A stretch of 64,000 bases of DNA from assembly GCA_964431835.1 (NCBI GenBank), contig CAYSKO010000002.1, forward strand, positions 22,802 through 86,801, read 5' to 3'. The stretch comes from an uncultured Planctomycetia bacterium (GTDB taxonomy: Bacteria > Omnitrophota > Gorgyraeia > 2-02-FULL-51-18). The notes below the pieces were generated by a model that made no database searches, was not told the DNA's origin, and saw nothing but the letters and a program-made list of their open reading frames with translations. The position numbers and the translations under genes were made by a program. This document shows, one piece after another, positions 27,375 to 37,143 of the stretch (position 1 is the first letter of the stretch; each line of letters starts with the position of its first letter).

Positions 27375-28196
27375 ATGGCCGATAACCCGACCCCCACGCC
27401 CCCGCAGCCTAAGAAAGAAAAATTCAATCTCGGGAAATACGTCACCGAGACTCAGGTCTATAAGTCGATGTTCCGGCACGGCTACTCCACCTCCGACCGT
27501 GACCGGGCGCTTTCGGTTATGACGAACGTCTTCTTCCATCTGCATCCGGTGAAGGTCCGCAAATCCGGCGCGCGTTTCGGTTTCACCTGGTGCGCGGGCG
27601 GCTTGTCGTTCTTCGTTTTCCTCACGCTCGTCGTCTCCGGGATCCTCCTCATGTTCTACTACCGCCCCACGGTCGAGCATGCGTACAACGACATCATGGC
27701 GCTGCGCGAGCACGTTCCTTTCGGCATCATGCGCGAGCTGCACCGGTGGGGCGCGCACGCGATGATCATCACGGTGTGGTTGCACATGTTCCGCGTGTTC
27801 ATGACCGGCTCTTACAAACCGCCGCGCGAGTTCAACTGGATCATCGGCGTCATCCTGCTCGTTCTGACGATGCTCTTGAGCTTCACCGGCTACCTGCTTC
27901 CGTGGGATCAGCTGGCGATGTGGGCCATCACGGTCGGCTCGAACATGGCCCGCGCGACCCCGTTCCTCGGCCACGAGGGTCCCGGCGCCCAGATGCTCGC
28001 AATCGGCGACATTCAGCTTGTGACCTCCGGCAGCGACGTGCGTTTCGCGCTTCTCGGCGGGCGCTTCGTCGGACAGGGTGCCCTCCTTCGTTTCTACATC
28101 CTCCACTGCGTGGCGATCCCGACCGCGCTCGTCATCCTGATGTCGGTGCACTTCTGGCGCATCCGCAAGGACGGCGGCATTAGCGGCCCGCTTTGA
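27375..28196 (+). CDS. Cytochrome b, N-terminal (b6-like) subunit
   Basis: Four TM helices with conserved heme-ligand histidines ([15 protein letters not shown]..., YILHCVAIP). Confidence 0.85.
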   Translation: MADNPTPTPPQPKKEKFNLGKYVTETQVYKSMFRHGYSTSDRDRALSVMTNVFFHLHPVKVRKSGARFGFTWCAGGLSFFVFLTLVVSGILLMFYYRPTVEHAYNDIMALREHVPFGIMRELHRWGAHAMIITVWLHMFRVFMTGSYKPPREFNWIIGVILLVLTMLLSFTGYLLPWDQLAMWAITVGSNMARATPFLGHEGPGAQMLAIGDIQLVTSGSDVRFALLGGRFVGQGALLRFYILHCVAIPTALVILMSVHFWRIRKDGGISGPL

Positions 28197-29278
28197 TGCT
28201 CGACTCGTTCAAGGCACTCGTCAACGCCGTCTCGTCCCCGGTCACCATCTTCACGGCGGGGACGATCTTCTTCGCGGTCTTCGTGAGTTTCCCGCGTGTG
28301 ATGACCTCGCCGCCGGTCGCTCTGGCGATTCTCGCGCTCTCGCTCGCTTTCTTCGGCGTGGGCCTGACCGACGAGCACTTCCGCGGCATCGTGAGCACCC
28401 CCGACAACGTGCCGATCGTGGGCATGATGTTCATCTTCGGCTTCTTCACCTGGTATTCGATGCGCAAGGCCGTCGTGAACGACATGCGCATGGAGCGGGG
28501 AGAGCCGACGGTGGAGGCCGCCGAGGCGAACGAGAAGGTTCTCGTTTTCCCGTACCTCATCTTCATCGAGTTCGTCGTGGCGCTCGCGTACGCGGTCGGC
28601 CTCGTCGTTTGGTCCATTTTCCTAAAAGCGCCGCTCGAAGAGCCGGCGAACCCGACCGTCTCGCCCAACCCCTCAAAGGCGCCGTGGTACTTCCTCGGCC
28701 TTCAGGAAATGCTCGTTTATTTCGACCCGTGGATAGCGGGCGTTCTTCTGCCGACTTTCATCATCATCGGCCTATGCGCGATCCCGTTCATCGACCGCGA
28801 CCCGTCCACCTCGGGTTTTTACTCCTTCAAGAAGCGCAAGTTTGCGATCACGGCGTACCTCTTCGGGTTCTGGATCCTTTGGAACCTCCTCATCATCATG
28901 GGCACGTTCATGCGCGGCCCGAACTGGAACTTCTTCGGTCCGTTTGAAAAATGGGACGTCCACAAGGTGGTCCCGCTGATGAACGTGAATCTTTCGGAAC
29001 TCCTTTGGATCAAGCTCATGAACGTGGGCCTACCGAAGTTCTGGCTCGTGCGCGAGCTTCCGGGCATCCTTCTCGTCGGGGCGTATCTCATGATCCCGCC
29101 GGCGATTCTCGCGAAGACCGCGTTCAAGGACGTCTACAAGAAACTCGGCGCGGCGCGCTACAGCATCCTCGTGATGCTGATCCTCATGATGCTCGCTCTG
29201 CCCATCAAGATGTACCTGCGCTGGGCGCTGAATCTCCAATACATCGTCGCGATCCCTGAATTCTTCTTCAACATCTAG
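28193..29278 (+). CDS. Cytochrome b, C-terminal (subunit IV-like) subunit with an extended C-terminus
   Basis: PEWY-region variant [12 protein letters not shown] and multiple TM helices. At 361 aa it is much longer than a canonical PetD. Confidence 0.7.
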   Translation: MMLDSFKALVNAVSSPVTIFTAGTIFFAVFVSFPRVMTSPPVALAILALSLAFFGVGLTDEHFRGIVSTPDNVPIVGMMFIFGFFTWYSMRKAVVNDMRMERGEPTVEAAEANEKVLVFPYLIFIEFVVALAYAVGLVVWSIFLKAPLEEPANPTVSPNPSKAPWYFLGLQEMLVYFDPWIAGVLLPTFIIIGLCAIPFIDRDPSTSGFYSFKKRKFAITAYLFGFWILWNLLIIMGTFMRGPNWNFFGPFEKWDVHKVVPLMNVNLSELLWIKLMNVGLPKFWLVRELPGILLVGAYLMIPPAILAKTAFKDVYKKLGAARYSILVMLILMMLALPIKMYLRWALNLQYIVAIPEFFFNI

Positions 29279-29279
29279 C

Positions 29280-32120
29280 ATGCCCCCTAAACCCAACCCC
29301 ACTCTTTACAGCATTTCCAAGACCTTCGTCTGGTTCGGGCTCATCAGCCTTCTTCTGACGGCTTCGCTCGCGGCGATCGTGATGACCGACTACAAGCGGG
29401 AGTGGAAAGACTGGCAGAAGAAGTTCATGAAGCTCAAGTCCGACAAGGCGCAGGCCGAACTCAAAATGGCCGAGGGGAAGATCGACAAAGCGCGTCTCGA
29501 GGAGCTCACCAAGCAGCAGGCCGCGGCCGAGAAAGCCGTCCAAGGCCGCCGTGACGACCTGAAGGCTCTCGAACGCGAGATCGGTCGCCTTTCCACCGAA
29601 GCCTCAAAAGTTAAAAAATCTTCTCAGAACGGCAAGCAGTTCGAGGATTCCTACCGCTACTACTACGAAGAATACGCCTCCCACCACGACAGTCGGGCCG
29701 CGGAATATAAAAAGAAGCTCGACGAGATCCGTCCGAAAGTCGCGGCCGACAGGCTCGAACTCGAAAAACTCGAGAAACAGCTGGAGGCTAAAGAGAAAGA
29801 ACGCGAGGCGATCCTCGCCGAGAGCAAGAGGCTCGAGAAGGAGATCGAGAATCTGTACGACGAGAAGCGCCGCGCCGACCGCAAGCTTGAAAGCGCGAAG
29901 CCGAGCGTCGTTAAGGACGTCCTGAACGCGCCTATGCTCGACTTCATCGCGCCGACGCTCGAGGTCCAGCAGATCGTTCTCGATAACCTGTACGACGACT
30001 ACCATTTTGCGAAGGCTCAGAAGGTCGATCGCTGCACGACCTGCCATCTGGGTATCGACCAGAAGGGTTTCGAGGACGCGCCCCAGCCTTTCAAAACTCA
30101 CCCCAAGATGGAGCTTTATCTCGGAGCCGACTCGCCGCACCCCGTCGAGAAATTTGGCTGCACGACCTGCCATAGCGGCAACGGCCACTCCGTCAGCTTC
30201 AAGGATTCCGCCCACACGCCCTCTTCGAAGAAGCAGGCGGAGGAATGGGCGAAGAAGTACAATTGGAAGGAACTCGAGAAATGGGAGCACAAGATGCTCC
30301 CGAAAGATCACGTTCAGGCGTCCTGCTCGAAGTGCCATCATGGGGCGGCGGAGGTTCCTCAGGCCGACAAATTGAACCGGGGCCGTAAGATCGCCGAAAC
30401 CCACGGCTGCATGAACTGCCACAAGATCGACGGCTTCGAGAACCGCTACAAGGTCGGTCCGGACCTCCGGAACGTAAAGACGAAGCTCGACGGGGACTGG
30501 ATCGCCCGCTGGGTCGACGACCCCCGCGATTTCCGTCCCAAAACCCAGATGCCCCGCGTTTTCCATCTGACCAATACCTCCTCGCCCGAGGACGTGAAGC
30601 GCAACCACGCGGCCATCCATTCGATTTCGGCCTACCTCATGAAGCATTCCGGGGAAATCGAGCTGAAACAGCCTCCCGTGAAGGGGAATGCGGGGAACGG
30701 CGAAAAACTCGTGAAGACCGTCGGCTGCACGGGCTGCCACACGGTCGCCGGTGTGGAAATCAACAGCTTCGGCCCCGATCTCAACGGTCTCGGTAGCAAA
30801 GTCACTGAGAAGTGGCTCTTCAACTGGCTCAAAGACCCGAAGCACTTGGCCGACACGCGCATGCCTTCTTTACGCCTCTCCGACCAGGAAGCCGCCGACA
30901 TCGCCGCGTACCTCTTGGCTCAGAAAAACGAGAAGTTCGAGGCCAAGAAGCTTCCCGCGGCGGACCCCAAGGTGGTCGACGCCATGATTCTTGAGAACCT
31001 TCAGGGCACCCTGCGTCGCTCCGAAGCCGAGGCTAAACTGAACGAAATGTCTCCCGAGATGAAGCTTGAGTTCCTCGGCCAGAAGACGATCGCCCACCAG
31101 GGCTGTTACACCTGCCACCAGATCAAGGGGTTTGAGGACGCCAAGCCCATCGGTGCCGATCTCTCTAACGAAGGCGCGAAAGACATCCATCAGTTCGACT
31201 TCGGCTTCGTGCACAACATCGGCCACACGCGGCACGACTGGATCAATCAAAAAATCAAGGACCCGCGGATATTCGACCTCGGCAAGGAAAAGGCCTATTA
31301 CGAGAAGCTCCGCATGCCGCAGTTCAATTTCTCGGAAGAGGAAATTGACGCGCTGACAACGTTTGTTCTGTCGTTGACCCAGGAACAAATCCCGCTCGAA
31401 ATGCAGAAACGCCTCGACTCCAAGGATCTCGAAACCGAGAAGGGCCGCCTCCTCGTTTCTCAACTGAACTGCGTCGGTTGCCATACGCTCGACGGCAAGG
31501 AAGGTGCGCTTCGCTTGAACGCCGAGGATCCCGGCTCCGTTCCTCCGACGCTGATCGACGAGGGCGCGAAGGTCCAAGAGGACTGGCTGCATACGTTCCT
31601 CGCGCACCCGACGACCATTCGTCCGTGGCTCACGTACCGCATGCCCACGTTCGGATTCGACGAAGAGGAGCTTCGCACGATGGTCCATTACTTCGCGCAC
31701 CTGAACGAACAGACGCTTTCGTACCAGGGCCACCCTACGCCGAAATCCACTCCCGAGAAGATCGAGGCGGGCCGCGCGCTCGTCGAGAAGCTTCAGTGCG
31801 AGAAGTGCCACCAGGTGAGCGCCGAAAGCGCTGCCATGGGCACGTCCTTCCTTGCGCCAGATCTTAACCTCACCAAGAACCGCCTCAAGCCGGAGTGGGT
31901 GAAGGACTGGGTCGCCGATCCGCAAAAGCTCGAGCCCGGCACGATGATGCCCGCTTTCTTCACCGAAGGGGAACCTTCGCCGATAACGGACGTCCTCGAA
32001 GGCGACGCCGGGAAGCAGATCGAGGCGATCCGCGATTACCTCTTCGTCTACCAAAAGGGGGACGCCAAGGCCTCCCCGCAGGACGATTCCTCCAAAAATT
32101 TGATTGCAAACACTCAGTAA
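29280..32120 (+). CDS. Membrane-anchored octaheme c-type cytochrome with a long coiled-coil stalk (bc-complex c subunit)
   Basis: N-terminal TM, about 200 aa of Lys/Glu-rich coiled coil, then eight CxxCH motifs (CTTCH x2, CSKCH, CMNCH, CTGCH, CYTCH, CVGCH, CEKCH). Confidence 0.8.
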   Translation: MPPKPNPTLYSISKTFVWFGLISLLLTASLAAIVMTDYKREWKDWQKKFMKLKSDKAQAELKMAEGKIDKARLEELTKQQAAAEKAVQGRRDDLKALEREIGRLSTEASKVKKSSQNGKQFEDSYRYYYEEYASHHDSRAAEYKKKLDEIRPKVAADRLELEKLEKQLEAKEKEREAILAESKRLEKEIENLYDEKRRADRKLESAKPSVVKDVLNAPMLDFIAPTLEVQQIVLDNLYDDYHFAKAQKVDRCTTCHLGIDQKGFEDAPQPFKTHPKMELYLGADSPHPVEKFGCTTCHSGNGHSVSFKDSAHTPSSKKQAEEWAKKYNWKELEKWEHKMLPKDHVQASCSKCHHGAAEVPQADKLNRGRKIAETHGCMNCHKIDGFENRYKVGPDLRNVKTKLDGDWIARWVDDPRDFRPKTQMPRVFHLTNTSSPEDVKRNHAAIHSISAYLMKHSGEIELKQPPVKGNAGNGEKLVKTVGCTGCHTVAGVEINSFGPDLNGLGSKVTEKWLFNWLKDPKHLADTRMPSLRLSDQEAADIAAYLLAQKNEKFEAKKLPAADPKVVDAMILENLQGTLRRSEAEAKLNEMSPEMKLEFLGQKTIAHQGCYTCHQIKGFEDAKPIGADLSNEGAKDIHQFDFGFVHNIGHTRHDWINQKIKDPRIFDLGKEKAYYEKLRMPQFNFSEEEIDALTTFVLSLTQEQIPLEMQKRLDSKDLETEKGRLLVSQLNCVGCHTLDGKEGALRLNAEDPGSVPPTLIDEGAKVQEDWLHTFLAHPTTIRPWLTYRMPTFGFDEEELRTMVHYFAHLNEQTLSYQGHPTPKSTPEKIEAGRALVEKLQCEKCHQVSAESAAMGTSFLAPDLNLTKNRLKPEWVKDWVADPQKLEPGTMMPAFFTEGEPSPITDVLEGDAGKQIEAIRDYLFVYQKGDAKASPQDDSSKNLIANTQ

Positions 32121-32241
32121 AGAGTCTAAAATAGATAGCTAATCAGGTCTTTCCGGCGGGAAAGCTGCACCGCCTTCGTGAATGAATAAAAAAAGTTTTA
32201 TTCTCGAACCTTCCAGCCAACCTAAACGGAGACACCGAGCC

Positions 32242-32934
32242 ATGAAACGCACATTGTTGACGGTTTTAACGTTCTTATTCGCCGCGACGGCCGCCTATGC
32301 CGCCCCCGTGACCGGCAAGGTCACCTTCGAAGGCCAGAAACCCGCGGCCCAGAAGCTGAAGGCGGACGCGGATCCGCAGTGCAAGGCCCACCATCCGGGC
32401 GGCGTCGAGGACGACTCGGTTCTCGTCAACGCGGACGGAACGCTCAAGAACGTGTTCGTCTACGTGAAGACCGGCCTCGAAGGCAAGACGTTCGAGACCC
32501 CGAAGGATTTTGCCAAGCTCGACCAGCAGGGCTGTATGTACGTCCCGAAGGTCCTCGGCGCGCAGACCAACCAGTCGATCGAGATCATCAACAGCGACGC
32601 GACGCTTCACAACGTGCACGCGCTCCCGAAGAACAGCAAGGAATTCAACCTCGGCATGCCGGTGAAGGGCATGAAGCTGAAACGCGCTTTCACGAAGGCG
32701 GAAGTCATGATCAAAGTGAAGTGCGAAGTGCATCCGTGGATGAGCTCTTACGTGGGCGTCGTGGACCACCCGCACTTCGGCGTGACCGGCGACGACGGCA
32801 AATTCGACCTCAAGGACCTTCCGGCGGGCTCGTACGAGATCGAAGCGTGGCACGAAAAGTTCGGCACCCAGACCCAGAAGATCACGGTCACGGACCAGCC
32901 GCAGGACCTCGCGTTCTCGTTCAAAGCGGCTTGA
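32242..32934 (+). CDS. Secreted cupredoxin-like (type 1 copper) protein
   Basis: Signal peptide; ligand pattern His (LHNVHAL) plus CEVHPWM (C-x2-H-x2-M, amicyanin-like). Confidence 0.6.
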   Translation: MKRTLLTVLTFLFAATAAYAAPVTGKVTFEGQKPAAQKLKADADPQCKAHHPGGVEDDSVLVNADGTLKNVFVYVKTGLEGKTFETPKDFAKLDQQGCMYVPKVLGAQTNQSIEIINSDATLHNVHALPKNSKEFNLGMPVKGMKLKRAFTKAEVMIKVKCEVHPWMSSYVGVVDHPHFGVTGDDGKFDLKDLPAGSYEIEAWHEKFGTQTQKITVTDQPQDLAFSFKAA

Positions 32935-32962
32935 TCGAAGCCTAGCGAACGCGGTATCATTC

Positions 32963-33008
32963 GTTAACCCCGCTCCGGCGTTTCCGGGGCGGGGTTAACC
33001 ATTTTAGG
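32963..33008 (+). terminator. Stem-loop (11-bp perfect stem gttaaccccgc/gcggggttaac) after the cupredoxin gene
   Basis: Perfect inverted repeat followed by cattttagg. Possible terminator or attenuator just before ctaA. Confidence 0.45.
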
Positions 33009-33015
33009 AGAGGGT

Positions 33016-33912
33016 ATGGGGGACGGGCTGACTCACCGCTTCGCGATCTTCACGGCGGCAACGACGGTTCTATTGATCCTGGCCGGCGGGCTCGTGACGA
33101 GCACCGGTTCCGGCCTTTCCGTCCCGGATTGGCCGCTGTCGTACGGTCAACTCATGCCTCCCATGGTCGGCGGCATCCGGTTCGAGCATTCGCACCGCAT
33201 GATCGCAGGTTTCGTGGGTATCCTCACGCTCGCTCTGACCGTACTCGTATGGCTGCGCGAGAAGCGGCGGTGGGTAAAACATCTCGCGCTCGGTGCACTC
33301 GTCGCGGTGGTCGTGCAAGCGGTCCTCGGCGGGCTCACCGTGATATACCTTCTTCCGACCTGGATTTCCGTCTCACATGCGTGTCTGGCGCAGACCTTTC
33401 TTTGCCTCGTCGCGGCGCTCGCGCTCTGTACGGGGCGGGAGTGGCGCGGAGGAGAACGAATCGACGCTGTCTACGCGGGCTCGATCCAGCGGCTCCTCGT
33501 GGCCGAGACGGCACTCGTGTACCTCCAGCTCATTCTGGGCGCGGTGGTTCGCCACACGAACGCCAGCGTGAAGCTCCACATCGTGAACGCTTTCCTCATC
33601 GCGATGCACTCCATCTTCATCCTACTTAAAATCGCCCGCGAAGAACGCGTGCAGAAGGCCCTTTTCCGTCATTCGGCCTTGCTCGGAATCTTCGTGACGT
33701 TCCAGGTGTTTCTCGGATTCGGAGCTTTCATCATGACGCGAATGCTCGCGAGCGAGCCCGCGACGGTGGGGCAGGTGCTCTTTGCGACTGCGCACCAGAC
33801 GCTCGGTGCGCTTATTCTCGTGACGTCCTTCCTTCTGACACTCCGCGCCTACCGTTTGCTTCGAAGGGACCGCGAGACGGAGTCTACGGCCGTTTTCACG
33901 AGGGTGCCGTGA
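33016..33912 (+). CDS. ctaA: Heme A synthase (CtaA/COX15)
   Basis: VPDWPLSYGQL motif and eight TM helices with conserved histidines. Confidence 0.8.
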   Translation: MGDGLTHRFAIFTAATTVLLILAGGLVTSTGSGLSVPDWPLSYGQLMPPMVGGIRFEHSHRMIAGFVGILTLALTVLVWLREKRRWVKHLALGALVAVVVQAVLGGLTVIYLLPTWISVSHACLAQTFLCLVAALALCTGREWRGGERIDAVYAGSIQRLLVAETALVYLQLILGAVVRHTNASVKLHIVNAFLIAMHSIFILLKIAREERVQKALFRHSALLGIFVTFQVFLGFGAFIMTRMLASEPATVGQVLFATAHQTLGALILVTSFLLTLRAYRLLRRDRETESTAVFTRVP

Positions 33913-34766
33913 TGCGCGGCGGCGCTTCGGACTACTTGGAGCTCGTGAAGCCCCGGCTCCTTTCGCTGGCGCTGGCGACGGTGCTCGTCGGTTTCTTCCT
34001 TGGCGTGCGAGGTCCCGTCGACCACGGCGCGCTCTTGGGCGTTCTTTTCGGTGCGGCGCTCGTCGGCGCGGGCGCGAACGCGCTCAATCAATACCTCGAG
34101 CGCGACGTCGACGCGCGTATGAAGCGCACGGAGAACCGTCCGCTTCCCAGCGGACGCCTCTCGCCGATGAGCGTGTTTGTTTTCGGCTTGGCGACGTCGG
34201 CTGCGGGCGTGATCTATCTTTTCGCTGCTGTGAACGCGATGGCGGCGGCGATGGGTGTGCTCACCCTGGTGAGCTACGTCCTCATCTACACACCGATGAA
34301 ACGAAAAACTTACTTCAACACTTTCGTGGGGGCGATCCCGGGCGCGCTGCCGTTTGTGCTTGGATGGACGGCTTCGGGAAGGGCACTCGGCGTGGAAGTT
34401 GCCTCCCTTTTTCTCCTTTTATACGTCTGGCAGATCCCGCACTTCTATGCGATCGCGTGGGTATACCGCGACGATTACAAAAACGGTGGCCTGCGCATGA
34501 TCACGGGAGAGGACCCGGACGGCGGACGGATCGCCTGGCGCATCCTGTGTTTCTCGGTCCTCATGATCCCCATCGGGACGCTCCCGACCTTCACGGGCCT
34601 TGCACGCGAGGCGTACTTCGTCTCCGCCGCCTTCTTCGGGGTCGTTTTGACGGCGTTTGCCGCACGCCTGGTTTTCCGCCGGATGGAAGGCGCAAAGAGT
34701 TTCGTTTCGGTGTCGATTTTTTATCTGATGGCGATCATCGTCGCGATGATGGCCGACAAGAGCTAA
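33909..34766 (+). CDS. ctaB: Protoheme IX farnesyltransferase (heme O synthase, UbiA family)
   Basis: NALNQYLERDVDARMKRTENRPLPSGR UbiA motif; overlaps ctaA by 4 nt. Confidence 0.85.
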   Translation: MMRGGASDYLELVKPRLLSLALATVLVGFFLGVRGPVDHGALLGVLFGAALVGAGANALNQYLERDVDARMKRTENRPLPSGRLSPMSVFVFGLATSAAGVIYLFAAVNAMAAAMGVLTLVSYVLIYTPMKRKTYFNTFVGAIPGALPFVLGWTASGRALGVEVASLFLLLYVWQIPHFYAIAWVYRDDYKNGGLRMITGEDPDGGRIAWRILCFSVLMIPIGTLPTFTGLAREAYFVSAAFFGVVLTAFAARLVFRRMEGAKSFVSVSIFYLMAIIVAMMADKS

Positions 34767-34777
34767 GGGGAGGGTTT

Positions 34778-35395
34778 ATGGCGAAAGCGAAAGACACGCA
34801 GGCGTCGGTGCTCTGGTGGATGGGGTGGATGGCGCTCACGATCCTCACATTCTTCGTCGCCGCCTGGTTCTGGACTCCGGTCGTAGCGAAACACTTCGGG
34901 CCCATGCAAAAGCCCTGGGCTCCGGCCGTTTGGACAGGGGCCGTGTTCGGCACCTGGATGCTCTTCCTCGTGCCGCTCATCGTCGTCATGTACAACAAGG
35001 TGGACCGCGCTTACGAAGATGCCCGCATCGCGCGCGAACGCGAAGCGTTCGACCGTGCCCGGAAGGGCTTCAGCTTCCGCTCGACCAAACTCGAAGATTC
35101 CCGCCGCGTCCTTTCGAAAGAGGCGTCGAAGAAACTGAAGAACGTCCCCGAGACCGTGAAAAAAGGATACGAATTCAAGGGCCACCTCGTCACGGCCGTG
35201 CTTCGTGACGGACGACGGGTGGAAAATGTGTTCATCCTCGACCGTGAGGAGCTTCTGGGGGTTTACGACCGCGAGACCGTGGATTTCGACGCCACGGACG
35301 TCGTGGACATGATCCCCACGGACCTCGAAGGAATTCCCGTCTTCAAGGCCGAGAAATGGCTGAGACTGGACGGCGTGAGCGTACCGACCGCCTGA
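34778..35395 (+). CDS. Hypothetical membrane protein (2 TM plus a cytoplasmic domain)
   Basis: Start chosen at the internal ATG (MAKAKDTQ); the ORF-track upstream extension at 34364 overlaps ctaB. Confidence 0.4.
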   Translation: MAKAKDTQASVLWWMGWMALTILTFFVAAWFWTPVVAKHFGPMQKPWAPAVWTGAVFGTWMLFLVPLIVVMYNKVDRAYEDARIAREREAFDRARKGFSFRSTKLEDSRRVLSKEASKKLKNVPETVKKGYEFKGHLVTAVLRDGRRVENVFILDREELLGVYDRETVDFDATDVVDMIPTDLEGIPVFKAEKWLRLDGVSVPTA

Positions 35396-35574
35396 TGAAA
35401 CGACCCGTTTATTACATAGGTCGGGGACTGCAGATCGCGGGACTCCTCTTTCTTCCGGCGTCGATTTGGGCGGGGGAGATCCGGCGGAGCGAGTCCGAGG
35501 CGATCACGATCCTCGTCGTCTCGGTGGTCGTCTTCTATCTGGGGCACTTGGCCTGCCAGCTGGCGTCGCGTTGA
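35396..35574 (+). CDS. Small hypothetical membrane protein (59 aa)
   Basis: Two predicted TM helices; ATGA-type coupling to the upstream gene. Confidence 0.3.
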
Positions 35575-35617
35575 CTCGTCGGGTATAATCGAAGTCTTAA
35601 AAAGGGGTGTACTGAGG

Positions 35618-36109
35618 ATGGGCGAACTCGAACACAATTACACGCGCTTCGAAAGCGTCTTCTCGTCCGAACGGGCCGAGGAGATCGCCAAAGCCGTTCC
35701 AGCGAAGCTGCCCCGGAAAAAAGCGCCGCCGAAACTCGCCGTCATCAACCAGAACGGGTGCACCGGCTGCGAAATCTGCATCGTATTCTGCCCGGTCGAC
35801 TGCATCGAGATCGTTCCCGGCGTCGAACAGCCCCAGGTCCAGCAGGTCGTCGAAGTGGATCTCGACCGCTGTATCGGCTGCTCTCTCTGCGCAAAGAATT
35901 GCCCTTGGGACACCATCGACATGCTCGGCCACGACGAAGCCCTGAAATACGCCCCGGTCGTCACGCTCCGCTCGGTCTGCGGGCAGGACGCGCTCGGCGA
36001 TTCGTACGGCCCGAAATCGGTCGTTCCGCCGCTCGCGGTGCAGAACGCCAAACCCGCCGCTCCGCCTGCGCCGCCGACGGCTCCGCCGCCCGCCGCGCCC
36101 GCTTCCTGA
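35618..36109 (+). CDS. 2x[4Fe-4S] ferredoxin-like protein with a Pro/Ala-rich C-terminal tail
   Basis: CTGCEICIVFCP and CIGCSLCAKNCP cluster motifs; a -10-like tataat and a GAGG SD upstream. Confidence 0.75.
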   Translation: MGELEHNYTRFESVFSSERAEEIAKAVPAKLPRKKAPPKLAVINQNGCTGCEICIVFCPVDCIEIVPGVEQPQVQQVVEVDLDRCIGCSLCAKNCPWDTIDMLGHDEALKYAPVVTLRSVCGQDALGDSYGPKSVVPPLAVQNAKPAAPPAPPTAPPPAAPAS

Positions 36110-36114
36110 TTTAA

Positions 36115-37059
36115 TTAATTTCCGGTTTTCTTTTCGAGGAAATCCGCCACCGCGCGCTCGGGGTGTCCTTGCCCGAGGGCGATGAGGTCGGCGATCCCCG
36201 AAGGGCTCGTTACGTTGATTTCGGTGAGCCAGCGACCGATCACGTCGATTCCGACGAAATGCAGGCCGTACCTGGAAAGCCACGGCGCCATTTCTTCGAC
36301 GAGTTCGCGGTCTTCCCGGGTGGGTGGCGCTTTATGCAGGGTTCCGCCTACGCCGAGATTCGCGCGGAAATCTCCCGCCGAGGGCCGCCGGAGAAACGAG
36401 CCGAGGATTTTTCCGTCCAGGACGAGGAGGCGCTTGTCGCCGAAGCGGTCGGCCGGGACGAATCGTTGGATCATGACCGCGCGCGTACCGAAAGAGGTGG
36501 CGGCCTCGACGAGCGAGGGGAGATTGCGGTCCGTCGACGCCGTCGCGAAGATGCCCGCCCCGCCCTTGCCGTTCAACGCCTTCAGTACCGCGGGCCCGCC
36601 CAGATCCCGGACGAAACGCTTCGCTTCCGCCGGGTCCTGTGTGACGAGCGTCTCGGGAATGCGTTTCGGAAAGTTCAGGATCGCGAGTTTCTCGTTGGCC
36701 ATCGCAATCCCGGCGGGGTCGTTTATCACGAAGACACGGTCTTTCACGGTCTCGAGGAGCTGGAGCGCGTGCAGATAGCCGGTGTCAAAAGGGGGTTCCT
36801 TCCGTACGAAGACGGCGTCCAGAGCGCGCAGGTTGGCGGCTTTGGGCGGCGGGGGAGCTGAGGTCAGGAAGCCCTTGGAAGCGTGTGTACGGGCCTTCCA
36901 GAGACGCGCGCGCGGCGCGCCGTCTCGCCAGGCCATCTCATGGCTCTCGAAGTGGAAGACGTCGTGGCCCCGCGAAGACAACTCGTGCATGATCCAAAAC
37001 GAGGTGTCTTCCGTAACCTTCACTTTTGAAACGGGATAGAGCAAAAAACCGATCTTCAT
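36115..37059 (-). CDS. gshB: Glutathione synthetase (ATP-grasp, prokaryotic GshB type)
   Basis: RimK/GshB ATP-grasp motifs (VLKALNGKGGAGIF, ...GLHFVGIDVIG...). Confidence 0.8.
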   Translation of the reverse strand: MKIGFLLYPVSKVKVTEDTSFWIMHELSSRGHDVFHFESHEMAWRDGAPRARLWKARTHASKGFLTSAPPPPKAANLRALDAVFVRKEPPFDTGYLHALQLLETVKDRVFVINDPAGIAMANEKLAILNFPKRIPETLVTQDPAEAKRFVRDLGGPAVLKALNGKGGAGIFATASTDRNLPSLVEAATSFGTRAVMIQRFVPADRFGDKRLLVLDGKILGSFLRRPSAGDFRANLGVGGTLHKAPPTREDRELVEEMAPWLSRYGLHFVGIDVIGRWLTEINVTSPSGIADLIALGQGHPERAVADFLEKKTGN

Positions 37060-37143
37060 TCGGGCTCCTTTCTTGCTAAAAAGTGAATTTTATTATAACA
37101 TACTGGCATTCGGCGCGCTCCGCGCCGTGAAGGAGCCCTTTCG

